In this document: piece by piece, positions 1 through 8,590 of the stretch | Position numbering within the stretch: the stretch's first letter is position 1 | Layout: each line of letters begins with the position of its first letter | DNA from: an uncultured Rhodospirillaceae bacterium | GTDB taxonomy: Bacteria > Pseudomonadota > Alphaproteobacteria > GCA-2731375 | DNA length: 64,000 bases | NCBI GenBank assembly: GCA_964590195.1 | Contig: CAZPWJ010000001.1 | Location: forward strand, 89,686-153,685 | Reading direction: 5' to 3' | The notes under the pieces: generated by a model | The model's database searches: none | Told to the model about the DNA's origin: nothing | Seen by the model: only the letters and a program-made list of their open reading frames with translations | Made by a program: the position numbers and the translations under genes

Positions 1-800
1 TCGCCCTGGCCAGAAAAGACGAGACGAGAAGCCGTACCCTATTGCAACGGGGCACGATCACGCGGACGCGCCATGAGCGGGACCAACAGAAGGTCGAGAG
101 CCTTGTGGCGCAGCTGCGCGAAGCCCAGGCCGGGGAACGCAAGGCGCGGGAACAACTGACGGCAGGCGGCAGCCGGATGCGGGCGGCACGCGAGAAATTG
201 ACCCAGGCGCGGTCAGAAGAACGGGAGGCGCGCCTGGCATTTGAATCTGAGAGCGGCGGCCTGAATCCGGAAGTTCGGCGTATTACCGCCCAGCTGGACA
301 GCAAGACCTGGGAACTGGCACAAACGGAGATAAAGGCACCGGCGGCGGGATATGTGACGCAAGTGGCCCTGCGCCCAGGTCAGATGGCCGTCCCCCTGCC
401 GTTGGCTCCGGTCATGATCTTTGTTCACGCCGAGCGCCCATTGTTGGCGGCGAGCTTCCCCCAGAATGTGATCACCGCGATCAAACCCGGACAGGAAGCC
501 GAGCTCGCCTTCAAGGCCTACCCAGGGCGCATTTTCAAGGCGAAAGTGGACCGCATTCTGCCGGTCATATCCCAGGGTCAGGCCACCGCCAGCGGCACCA
601 TCAGGTCCTTGCCGTCGGCAAAATCCCTGGGCCGGATACCGGTCGTGTTCGCATATGGCGACGATGTCGAAGCCCTGGACCTGCCCGCTGGCACCCTCGC
701 CTCCGTTGCGATCTATACGGAGCGGGTGCGGTTCCTGGCAATCCTGCGCAAAATTCTATTGCGGATAAGGAGCTGGGAGAACTATATCTTTATTCCCTAG
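1..800 (+). CDS. HlyD/EmrA-family efflux membrane-fusion (periplasmic adaptor) protein, C-terminal ~250 aa; 5' end lies outside the window
   Basis: Open frame from the window edge (frame of ORF 42..800) to TAG at 798-800; a coiled-coil stretch rich in E/R/A/Q followed by a beta-rich C-terminal domain, typical of HlyD-type adaptors. Assignment is by overall architecture, not a specific motif. Confidence 0.55.
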   Translation, partial: ALARKDETRSRTLLQRGTITRTRHERDQQKVESLVAQLREAQAGERKAREQLTAGGSRMRAAREKLTQARSEEREARLAFESESGGLNPEVRRITAQLDSKTWELAQTEIKAPAAGYVTQVALRPGQMAVPLPLAPVMIFVHAERPLLAASFPQNVITAIKPGQEAELAFKAYPGRIFKAKVDRILPVISQGQATASGTIRSLPSAKSLGRIPVVFAYGDDVEALDLPAGTLASVAIYTERVRFLAILRKILLRIRSWENYIFIP

Positions 801-830
801 GGAACATTTAGTGACAGGAAGGCGGCGATA

Positions 831-1451
831 ATGTCGGAACCTATCGTATTGGAAATATTCACCGATTACGTTTGACCGTGGTGTTATCTCAGTACCGGGC
901 GTATTGAAAAACTGAAGCGGAATTTCAACATCGAGGCGAAATGGGTGCATTTTCCCCTGCATCCCGAAACGCCCCAGGAGGGCCGCAGCCTGGAAGAGCT
1001 GTTCGCGGGCCGGGGCGTGGACCTGGATGCCATGTATACCCGCATGAAAGGCCTGATGGACGAAGAGGACCTGCCGTACAGTCACCGTACCCACACCTAC
1101 AACAGCCGCCTGGCCCAGGAACTGGGCAAATGGGCCGACACCCAACAGGGAGGCGAGGCCATCCATGACGCCCTTTACCGGGCCTATTTCGTCGATGGCG
1201 TGAACGTTGGCGATGTGGAGGCGTTGCTGAAAGTGGCCGCCGCCGTCGGCCTGGACGTGGAGGCGGCGCGAGAGGTTCTTGAATCCCGCAGCTTCTCGGA
1301 CGCGGTGGACGAGGATTGGGCGAAATCCAGGCAATATGGCGTTACCGGCGTTCCCACCTTTGTCGCCGGCCGCCAAGGCGTGGTTGGGGCACAGCCATAC
1401 GAAGCCTTGGAACAGTTTTTACAGCAGGCCGGGGTCGAGCGAAGAAGTTAA
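831..1451 (+). CDS. DsbA/FrnE-family thiol:disulfide oxidoreductase with an in-frame TGA (873-875) at the first Cys of the CxxC motif (reads U-P-W-C); candidate selenoprotein or point-mutation pseudogene
   Basis: ATG 831 follows an AGGAAGG SD (815-821). Translation is MSEPIVLEIFTDYV-TGA-PWCYLSTGRIEKL..., in the same frame as ORF 945..1451 (945-831=114). The N-terminal beta1 strand plus C-P-W-C-Y of the FrnE/DsbA fold is encoded except for TGA where the nucleophilic Cys belongs. The rest is a DsbA-like thioredoxin fold. Confidence 0.7.
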
Positions 1452-1468
1452 ACGAAGCGGGTTCTTGC

Positions 1469-2215
1469 TCAATGCACGGAATCGTCGGCGTTCGGCGCGC
1501 TCAATTGCGCATCCGCCGCGACCCAGAGGCCGGTTTGCGTGAAGCCGGGTTCGGCCAGGCGGATCATGGTCTCGGCGACATGTTCGGGCGGCGGCAGTTG
1601 CTCCGCGTCTTCGCCGGGGAAGGCGGCTGCCCGCATCTCGGATCGGGTTGGGCCCGGATTGACAATATTAACCCGCAGGGCCGTGTTCTGGGTTTCCTTG
1701 GCGTAGGTCTGGGCGATGGCATCCAAGGCCGCCTTGGTCGAGGCGTAGAGCGCCCAATAGGGCGGCAGGGATTGCCCCGCGCCGGAGCTGAGAAAGATCG
1801 CCCGTCCCGCATCGGACTGTCGCAACAGCGCATCCATGGAACGGATCAGGCGATAATTGGCGGTGACATTTAGGTCATAGGCGCGCTGCCAGACATCGGG
1901 GCGGATGTGGCCCACCGGCGACAGATCACCAAGAATAGCGGCGTTGCCAACCAGAATATCCAGCTTGCCCCAGCGCTTAAAGATCTGCCCGCCCAGATCG
2001 TCGATGGCGCCAAAATCGCTCAGGTCCATGGGTACCAGCGTGGCGCTGCCGCCTTGCGCCCGAATTTCGTCGTCCACTTCCTCCAGCGCGCCGGTGGTCC
2101 GCGCCACCAGAATGACGTGGGCGCCTTCGCCGGCATAGGCCTTGGCAATGGCGGCGCCAATGCCGCGGGAGGCGCCCGTGATCAGGGCGATACGGTCCTT
2201 TAAACGTTGGCTCAT
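1469..2215 (-). CDS. SDR-family short-chain dehydrogenase/reductase
   Basis: N-terminal TGASRGIG Rossmann motif; catalytic YASTK (YxxxK). Start assigned at ATG (MSQRLKDRIALITG...) rather than the upstream TTG at 2248. Confidence 0.85.
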   Translation of the reverse strand: MSQRLKDRIALITGASRGIGAAIAKAYAGEGAHVILVARTTGALEEVDDEIRAQGGSATLVPMDLSDFGAIDDLGGQIFKRWGKLDILVGNAAILGDLSPVGHIRPDVWQRAYDLNVTANYRLIRSMDALLRQSDAGRAIFLSSGAGQSLPPYWALYASTKAALDAIAQTYAKETQNTALRVNIVNPGPTRSEMRAAAFPGEDAEQLPPPEHVAETMIRLAEPGFTQTGLWVAADAQLSAPNADDSVH

Positions 2216-2244
2216 CGCACTATCCCGCCCATCACGCCGGCCCT

Positions 2245-3807
2245 TCAACCATGTTCCGCCAGCAGCGACAATTGCGCCGGCGACCGGCCCTGGGCCAGAT
2301 CAACCAACGACACCGGATAATCGTCGGTAAAACAGGCATCGCAATATTGCGGTTCATCACCGTCACGGTCCACTCCGCCAACCGCCTGATAGAGGCCATT
2401 GATGGAGATAAAGGCCAGGCTGTCGACGCCGATTTGCCGCGCCATGGTCGCCACATCCATATTGGCGGCCATCAGCTCTTCCCGGCTGGGCGTATCGACC
2501 CCGTAATAACAGGGATTGGCGGTGGGCGGTGAGGCGATACGCATGTGCACCTCGGTGGCGCCGGCATCGCGGACCATCTGCACGATCTTTTTCGAGGTGG
2601 TACCGCGCACGATCGAATCATCCACCAGCACCACGCGCCGGCCCTCGATCTCGGCCCGATTGGCGTTGTGCTTCAGCTTGACGCCGAAATTGCGGATATT
2701 CTGGGACGGCTCGATGAACGTCCGGCCCACATAATGGTTGCGGATAATACCCAATTCGAAGGGCACGCCTGCCTCTTCGGCATAGCCAATGGCGGCAGGC
2801 GTTCCGGAATCAGGCACCGGGATGACCACGTCCGCCGGCATCGCGCTTTCCTTGGCCAGCGCCGCGCCGATCGCCTTGCGCACGGAATAGATGGAGCGGC
2901 CCTGGGCGATGCTGTCGGGTCTGGAAAAATAGACATATTCGAATATGCAGGGCCGCGATTTGGCGGGCGGAAAAGGCGTCAGGCTTTCGATGCCCCGGCG
3001 GCTGCAGATGATCACTTCGCCCGGCGCCACCTCGCGCACCAGTTCGGCACCGATAATATCCAGGGCGCAACTTTCCGAGGTCAGGATCGGCGCCCCGTCC
3101 AGATGGCCCAACAACAGCGGCCGTACACCCATGGGATCACGCACGCCGATCAATTGATCCTCGGTCATGGCAACCAGGCTGTACGCCCCGACCACGGATT
3201 TCAGGGCATCGATGATACGGTCGATCAGGTCATGATAGCTGGAGGTGGCGATCAGGTGGATGATCACCTCGGTATCCATGGTCGATTGGAAGATACAGCC
3301 GCGCTTGACCAGTTCGCTGCGCAGGGTGCCGGCGTTGGTCAGATTGCCGTTATGGCCGATGGCGAAACCGCCAGTTTGCAACTCCGCGAACAAGGGCTGG
3401 ACGTTGCGTAATACGGTATCGCCCGTGGTGGCATAGCGATTGTGCCCCAACGCCACGTCGCCCGGCAGACGGCTGATCACCGCTTCCGAGTTAAAATTAT
3501 CGCCCACGTGCCCCAGGCTGCGGTGGGAATAGAACTGCCCGCCATCGTGAGTGACGATGCCGGCGGCTTCCTGGCCGCGGTGTTGCAGGGCATGCAGGCC
3601 CAAAACCGTGTGGGCGGCGGCATCGCTGCTGCCGAAAATACCGAAGACGCCGCATTCTTCGTGAAACTTGTCACCGTCCGCCCCAAGTCGGTCATGGGGA
3701 CGGGCAAATGGATGTGTGGTCAGATCCAAGGTCAGGTCCTTTGCGGGCACGGGGCCGGCGTCATTGATACAGTCGTCATTATGATCGTTTGGGGAGCGCT
3801 GCTTCAA
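2245..3807 (-). CDS. purF: Amidophosphoribosyltransferase
   Basis: N-terminal propeptide followed by CGVFGIFG (Ntn Cys); PRTase motif VVLVDDSIVRGTT; conserved cvpA-purF linkage. Confidence 0.95.
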   Translation of the reverse strand: MKQRSPNDHNDDCINDAGPVPAKDLTLDLTTHPFARPHDRLGADGDKFHEECGVFGIFGSSDAAAHTVLGLHALQHRGQEAAGIVTHDGGQFYSHRSLGHVGDNFNSEAVISRLPGDVALGHNRYATTGDTVLRNVQPLFAELQTGGFAIGHNGNLTNAGTLRSELVKRGCIFQSTMDTEVIIHLIATSSYHDLIDRIIDALKSVVGAYSLVAMTEDQLIGVRDPMGVRPLLLGHLDGAPILTSESCALDIIGAELVREVAPGEVIICSRRGIESLTPFPPAKSRPCIFEYVYFSRPDSIAQGRSIYSVRKAIGAALAKESAMPADVVIPVPDSGTPAAIGYAEEAGVPFELGIIRNHYVGRTFIEPSQNIRNFGVKLKHNANRAEIEGRRVVLVDDSIVRGTTSKKIVQMVRDAGATEVHMRIASPPTANPCYYGVDTPSREELMAANMDVATMARQIGVDSLAFISINGLYQAVGGVDRDGDEPQYCDACFTDDYPVSLVDLAQGRSPAQLSLLAEHG

Positions 3808-4514
3808 TTGTCCGTCCGGTTCTGAATAAGGCGGTTCATATCTTCGCGCGAGCCCGATGTATAGCCGCTTTCGCTCTGCTTGTCAGTTCCGCTCTTCGAA
3901 CCGCCAACTGCATCTTTTAGCTGTTCCGCCGAGCGCCCGGCCTTGATGGCATTGTCGAGAATGGAATCCAGGTTCTGGCCGCCCTCCTTGCCCAGTTCAC
4001 CGATCCCGGCAAGACCCTCGCGGACATTTTCAGGCGCCACGCCCGCCAGCATTTGGGCGCTGTATTTGATGGCCGGCATGGCCCGCGCCTGGCGCAACCA
4101 ATCGGGCTGGTCCTTGGCCGGCAGGAATTGCAACAGAACGATGTAAGCCAGCGCAATCACCACGACACCGCGCAATAAGCCAAACAAGAACCCGAGTGAG
4201 CGGTCCAGAATGCCGATTTCACTGCGTTGTACCCGCCGCGATATGGCCGATGACAGAAATGAAGCCGCGGTCAGCACGGCGACAAAGATGACCACCGTCG
4301 CGATGCTGCCGGCGATCAAGGGCTGATTGACATAGTTTTGTACCAGGGGCTGCACATGAGGGAACAATCCGATCGTGGCGACGGTCGCAATGACCCAGCC
4401 GCCGATGGACAGCACTTCCTTGACGAAACCACGGCTCAACGCCAGCAGGCCCGAAACCAGCAGGATCGCCAGGATCGCCAGATCCGTTACATTTATGGGC
4501 AAATCGCTTAACAT
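3804..4514 (-). CDS. cvpA: CvpA-family membrane protein (colicin V production protein homolog)
   Basis: Multi-TM N-terminal region (MLSDLPINVTDLAILAILLVSGLLALSRGF...), hydrophilic C-terminus, located immediately upstream of purF as in many Proteobacteria. Start taken at MLSDL. Confidence 0.8.
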   Translation of the reverse strand: MLSDLPINVTDLAILAILLVSGLLALSRGFVKEVLSIGGWVIATVATIGLFPHVQPLVQNYVNQPLIAGSIATVVIFVAVLTAASFLSSAISRRVQRSEIGILDRSLGFLFGLLRGVVVIALAYIVLLQFLPAKDQPDWLRQARAMPAIKYSAQMLAGVAPENVREGLAGIGELGKEGGQNLDSILDNAIKAGRSAEQLKDAVGGSKSGTDKQSESGYTSGSREDMNRLIQNRTDN

Positions 4515-4521
4515 GGCGGTT

Positions 4522-5913
4522 CTATACGGCCTCCACACCATGGGAGGCAAACAGTTCCACCAATTCCGGCAAACGGCTGATTTCGCTGATCGCCAGGGGA
4601 CTCTTGCGTTGTTTGCGGACGGTGGGCGTCAGGGCCCGGGTGAAGCCCAGTTTAGCCGCTTCCTTCATACGTAGTTCCGCCTGCGCAACGGCTCGCACCT
4701 CACCCGATAGGCTGATTTCACCGAACAAAACCGCTTCTTGCGGCACCGGCACTTCCATCAACGATGACACCAACGCGGCGGCCACCGCCAGATCCGCGGC
4801 TGGTTCATTGATGCGCAAACCGCCCGCCACGTTCAAATAGATGTCATGGCCGGCCATGCCCAGGCCACAGCGGGCATCAAGCACGGCCAGCACCATGGCC
4901 AGGCGGTTGCCGTCCCAGCCCACCACCGTGCGCCGCGGATTACCGGGGGGCGAGGGCGCGACCAGGGCCTGAATTTCCACCAGCACCGGGCGGCTGCCCT
5001 CCAGGCCGGCGAAGACGGCGCTGCCCGAGATATCGCCCGCCTCGCCACGATTGGCCAGAAACAGGGCGGAGGGGTTGCTGACTTCCATCAGGCCGGCATC
5101 GCTCATCTCGAACACGCCGATTTCGTCCGTCGGGCCATACCGGTTCTTCACGGCGCGCAGGATGCGAAACTGATGGCCGCGTTCGCCTTCGAAATACAGC
5201 ACGCTGTCGACCATATGCTCCAACACCCGTGGCCCGGCGATCTGGCCGTCCTTGGTCACATGGCCCACCAGCAGCAGGCAAATATCCTTGCGCTTGGCGG
5301 CGCGGATCAATTCCTGGGCCGAGGTACGGACCTGGCTGACGGTGCCGGGCGCCGATTCAATGCTGTCCACGTACATGGTTTGGATCGAGTCTATAACCAC
5401 CACCTTGGGGCTATCCGGGCCGTCCATGGTGGCGACAATGTCACGCACCGAGGTTGCCGCCGCCAGATCCAGCGGCGCGCCTTCCAGGCCAAGACGCCGT
5501 GCCCGCATACGAACCTGGGCCGGCGCCTCCTCACCCGAGATATAGGCGCAGGCGACACCCTGCTGGGCCAGACGGGCGACGACCTGCAACAAAATGGTGG
5601 ATTTGCCAATGCCCGGATCACCGCCGATCAAAATCGCCGAACCGGGTACCAGGCCGCCGCCGCAAACCCGGTCGAACTCACCCAGGCCCGAAACGGTACG
5701 CGGGCCTTCCATTTCGCCATGCTGGTTCAGCTTGCGAAAGTCCAGCACCCGGCCCTTCATGCGGCCCGAGCTTTCCAGGCCCTTCGGCGGTGCATCCCGC
5801 GCGGCTTCTTCCGTGATGGAGTTCCACTCGCCACAGCCCGAACAGCGCCCGGACCACTTGCCGTGAACCGCGCCACAGCTTTGACAGACAAAAGTTTCGG
5901 CTGCCTTGGCCAC
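4522..5913 (-). CDS. radA: DNA repair protein RadA/Sms
   Basis: N-terminal C4 zinc finger (CQSCG...CSGCGEW); Walker A GDPGIGKST; KNRYG motif; Lon-protease-like C-terminal domain. Confidence 0.95.
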   Translation of the reverse strand: MAKAAETFVCQSCGAVHGKWSGRCSGCGEWNSITEEAARDAPPKGLESSGRMKGRVLDFRKLNQHGEMEGPRTVSGLGEFDRVCGGGLVPGSAILIGGDPGIGKSTILLQVVARLAQQGVACAYISGEEAPAQVRMRARRLGLEGAPLDLAAATSVRDIVATMDGPDSPKVVVIDSIQTMYVDSIESAPGTVSQVRTSAQELIRAAKRKDICLLLVGHVTKDGQIAGPRVLEHMVDSVLYFEGERGHQFRILRAVKNRYGPTDEIGVFEMSDAGLMEVSNPSALFLANRGEAGDISGSAVFAGLEGSRPVLVEIQALVAPSPPGNPRRTVVGWDGNRLAMVLAVLDARCGLGMAGHDIYLNVAGGLRINEPAADLAVAAALVSSLMEVPVPQEAVLFGEISLSGEVRAVAQAELRMKEAAKLGFTRALTPTVRKQRKSPLAISEISRLPELVELFASHGVEAV

Positions 5914-5926
5914 CTGGTTCCTACTC

Positions 5927-6700
5927 TTAGGTTACTTCCAGGGCGAAGGGACCTTCCTCGCGCCCATGGATGAATTGATCAACGAACTCATTGCCACAAT
6001 GATCGATCTGATCGACCCCGCCGGCCCAGATGATCTGCCCGCCATACAGCATGGCGACCCGGTCGGCGATGGTGCGGGCGGACGACATATCATGGCTGAT
6101 GGTCAGGGTCGTCGCGCCCAGATCCTGTACGCATTCGGTAATCAAATTATTGATGATATCGCCCATGATCGGGTCCAGGCCGGTGGTTGGCTCGTCAAAA
6201 AAGATAATATCGGGCTCCGTGGCGATGGCGCGGGCCAGGCCGACCCGCTTGCGCATGCCGCCTGACAGGCCCGCCGGATCGGCCTCGGCCATATCCTCGC
6301 CCATGCCGACCTTGGCCAGTTTGTCGATGGCGATGATCCGGGCCGCCTCCCGCTCCATGCCCGCACCTTCGATCAGGCCAAAGGCCACGTTTTCCCAAAC
6401 CGTCAGGGAATCGAACAAAGCGGCGGATTGGAACAGCATGCCGAACTTGGTCAAAATCCGCTCCCGCTCGGCGCCGCGCAAATCGACGGTGTCTTCGCCG
6501 TCAATGAGGATGCGGCCCCGGTCGGGGTGCAACAGGCCCAGGATGCATTTCAACATCACCGATTTACCGGTGCCCGAACCGCCGATGACCACCACGGATT
6601 CGCCCTTGGCCAGTGCCAGGTTCAGGCCATTCAGCACCACTTTCGGGCCAAATGACTTGTGCACATCAATCAGTTCCAGGCGCGGTGTATCGGTCATCAT
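5927..6700 (-). CDS. mlaF: ABC transporter ATP-binding protein, MlaF/Ttg2A-like (phospholipid/toluene-tolerance type)
   Basis: Walker A GGSGTGKS, ABC signature LSGGMRKRVGLARA, Walker B IIFFDEPTTGLD; sits directly downstream of the MlaE-like permease. Confidence 0.85.
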   Translation of the reverse strand: MMTDTPRLELIDVHKSFGPKVVLNGLNLALAKGESVVVIGGSGTGKSVMLKCILGLLHPDRGRILIDGEDTVDLRGAERERILTKFGMLFQSAALFDSLTVWENVAFGLIEGAGMEREAARIIAIDKLAKVGMGEDMAEADPAGLSGGMRKRVGLARAIATEPDIIFFDEPTTGLDPIMGDIINNLITECVQDLGATTLTISHDMSSARTIADRVAMLYGGQIIWAGGVDQIDHCGNEFVDQFIHGREEGPFALEVT

Positions 6701-6708
6701 TCAAGTCA

Positions 6709-7485
6709 TCACTGCGAAAAGAAGGCTTCGGTGACGAAATAGTTCGAGATCAAGATCAGGATCAGCGACGAGACCACCGCATCCGTGGTCGCCTTGCCCA
6801 CGCCCTGGGCCCCGCCCTTGGAGTTGAAGCCGTGGTAGCAGCCCATCAGGGCGATCAGGAAACCGAACACCGCCGCCTTGACCAGGCCGGAGGTGACGTC
6901 CATGGCCTCGAGAAAATCGTAGGTGTTCTTCAGATAGACGGCGCTGTTGAAATCCAGGCGGTGAATGCCCACCAGATAGCCGCCCATGACACCGATGATG
7001 TCGGCGATCAGCACCAGGATCGGCGTGGTGATGGTGGCGGCGACCAATCGAGGAACGACCAGATAACGGAAAGGATTGGTCTGCAAGGTGATCAGGGCGT
7101 CCAACTGCTCGGTCACTTTCATGGTGCCCAGTTCCGCCGCGATCGCCGCGCCAACCCGGCCACCCAGCATCAGGCCCGCCAGGACAGGGCCCAGTTCGCG
7201 GGTCAGGCCCACGACAACAATATTCGGCACCGCGCTTTCGGCACCGAAACGGGCGGAGCCGAGATAGATTTGCAAGGCCAGCACCGCGCCCGTGAACAGC
7301 GCCGTCATGCCCACCACGGGCAGGGAATAATAGCCAATGGTCATCATCTGCTGCAGACACAGGCGCCAATAGAACGGCGGCGTCGCCACTGCCGACAATG
7401 ATCGGCCCGTGAACATGGACAGCCGCCCGACCGTGGCCAGAAAACTCAAAAAAATGCGGCCGACAGCCGCCAATGGATTACTCAT
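6709..7485 (-). CDS. mlaE: ABC transporter permease, MlaE family
   Basis: About 258 aa polytopic permease with the conserved MlaE core (…YYSLPVVGMTALFTGAVLALQ…), adjacent to mlaF. Start set at MSNPLAAV. Confidence 0.8.
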   Translation of the reverse strand: MSNPLAAVGRIFLSFLATVGRLSMFTGRSLSAVATPPFYWRLCLQQMMTIGYYSLPVVGMTALFTGAVLALQIYLGSARFGAESAVPNIVVVGLTRELGPVLAGLMLGGRVGAAIAAELGTMKVTEQLDALITLQTNPFRYLVVPRLVAATITTPILVLIADIIGVMGGYLVGIHRLDFNSAVYLKNTYDFLEAMDVTSGLVKAAVFGFLIALMGCYHGFNSKGGAQGVGKATTDAVVSSLILILISNYFVTEAFFSQ

Positions 7486-8590
7486 TTTGGCTGTTTCCCG
7501 GCACCTGACCCACATAGCGCCGGTGATAGCGCCGGCCTAGAGAAGTTAGAATTTCATAGCCGATGGTACCGGCGCGGGCGGCCACTTCGTCAATCGTATC
7601 GCCGCCGCCGCCGATCAGATCCACCAATGCCCCTGCCTGCGCTGCCTCTTCCGGCACCTCGGTGACATCCAGTGTGATCAGATCCATGGAAACGCGCCCC
7701 ACGATTGGTACCGAAATCCCGGCAAGACGGCCCATCCCCTGCCCGGATAATGAGCGCAAATAGCCATCGGCATAACCCACCGGGACCGTGGCGATGCGCC
7801 GGGGCCCCGTGGCCCGATGGGTGGCACCGTAGCCAACGCTCTGGGGGGTGTCAATTTCCCGCACCTGGATGATCCTGCCCGTCAGACGAACCACCTGGGC
7901 CATGGGGTTCGCGGTCCCTGGCGTGGGGTTGCCGCCATAGAGGGCGATGCCGGGCCGAACCAAGTCGTGGTGATAGCCGGGCCCAAGGAAAATGCCCGAG
8001 GAATTGGCCAAAGATGCCGGTTTTGCTGGCAGCTTGACGCGCAGGCGGTCAAACAATTGCCGCTGTTGTTCGTTCATTTCATGGCCGGCTTCATCGGCAC
8101 AGGCGAGGTGGCTGACGATCAAACGCAGGTCGATATTTTCAAACCGTCCTGGCGCGGCAGCCAGGGCGGCGGCATCATCCGGGCTCAATCCGAGGCGATT
8201 CATGCCTGTATCAAGATGCAGGGCTGCGGCGCCTGGGCAAATATCCAGTTGCGCCAATGTATTGAGTACCGGTCTTAGATCATGGGCCGCGAAATCACCT
8301 TCCGTGCCCGGCAGAATACCATTTAGAACATATATTGACGCTTCCCCGCCCAGCACCCGTCGCAGGGCAATACCCTCCATCAGATGGGCCACAAAGAAAG
8401 TTTCACAGCCCGCCGCCGCCAATACGGGCGCCACACGATCGGCGCCCAGGCCATAGGCATCGGCCTTTACCACGGCGGCGCATTCCGCAGGTGCCGCGCG
8501 CTGTTTCAGAATTTCATAATTCGCCACCAGGGCGGCCAGATCGACCTCAAGGATCGCAACAGCTTGTTCGATGCCGAGGCTAGTGGCCAT
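7478..8590 (-). CDS. alr: Alanine racemase
   Basis: PLP-lysine motif VVKADAYGLG near the N-terminus. Start placed at ATG 8588-8590 (MATSLGIEQAVAIL...) rather than the long upstream extension of the ORF track. Confidence 0.9.
   Translation of the reverse strand: MATSLGIEQAVAILEVDLAALVANYEILKQRAAPAECAAVVKADAYGLGADRVAPVLAAAGCETFFVAHLMEGIALRRVLGGEASIYVLNGILPGTEGDFAAHDLRPVLNTLAQLDICPGAAALHLDTGMNRLGLSPDDAAALAAAPGRFENIDLRLIVSHLACADEAGHEMNEQQRQLFDRLRVKLPAKPASLANSSGIFLGPGYHHDLVRPGIALYGGNPTPGTANPMAQVVRLTGRIIQVREIDTPQSVGYGATHRATGPRRIATVPVGYADGYLRSLSGQGMGRLAGISVPIVGRVSMDLITLDVTEVPEEAAQAGALVDLIGGGGDTIDEVAARAGTIGYEILTSLGRRYHRRYVGQVPGNSQNE

Noticed and set aside
945-1451. ATG 945 as the true start of the DsbA-like gene (168-aa protein)
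   Set aside because: Would remove the catalytic CxxC. The in-frame upstream sequence from ATG 831 encodes exactly the missing beta1-strand and P-W-C-Y with a good SD, so the longer TGA-containing reading is the biologically meaningful one (Sec or pseudogene).
2545-3411. 288-aa ORF on + strand
   Set aside because: Antisense to purF, which is unambiguous; no recognisable domain.
4846-5973. 375-aa ORF on + strand
   Set aside because: Entirely antisense to radA. Its R/G/A/H-rich low-complexity translation has no motifs. This is a typical spurious antisense ORF of high-GC DNA.
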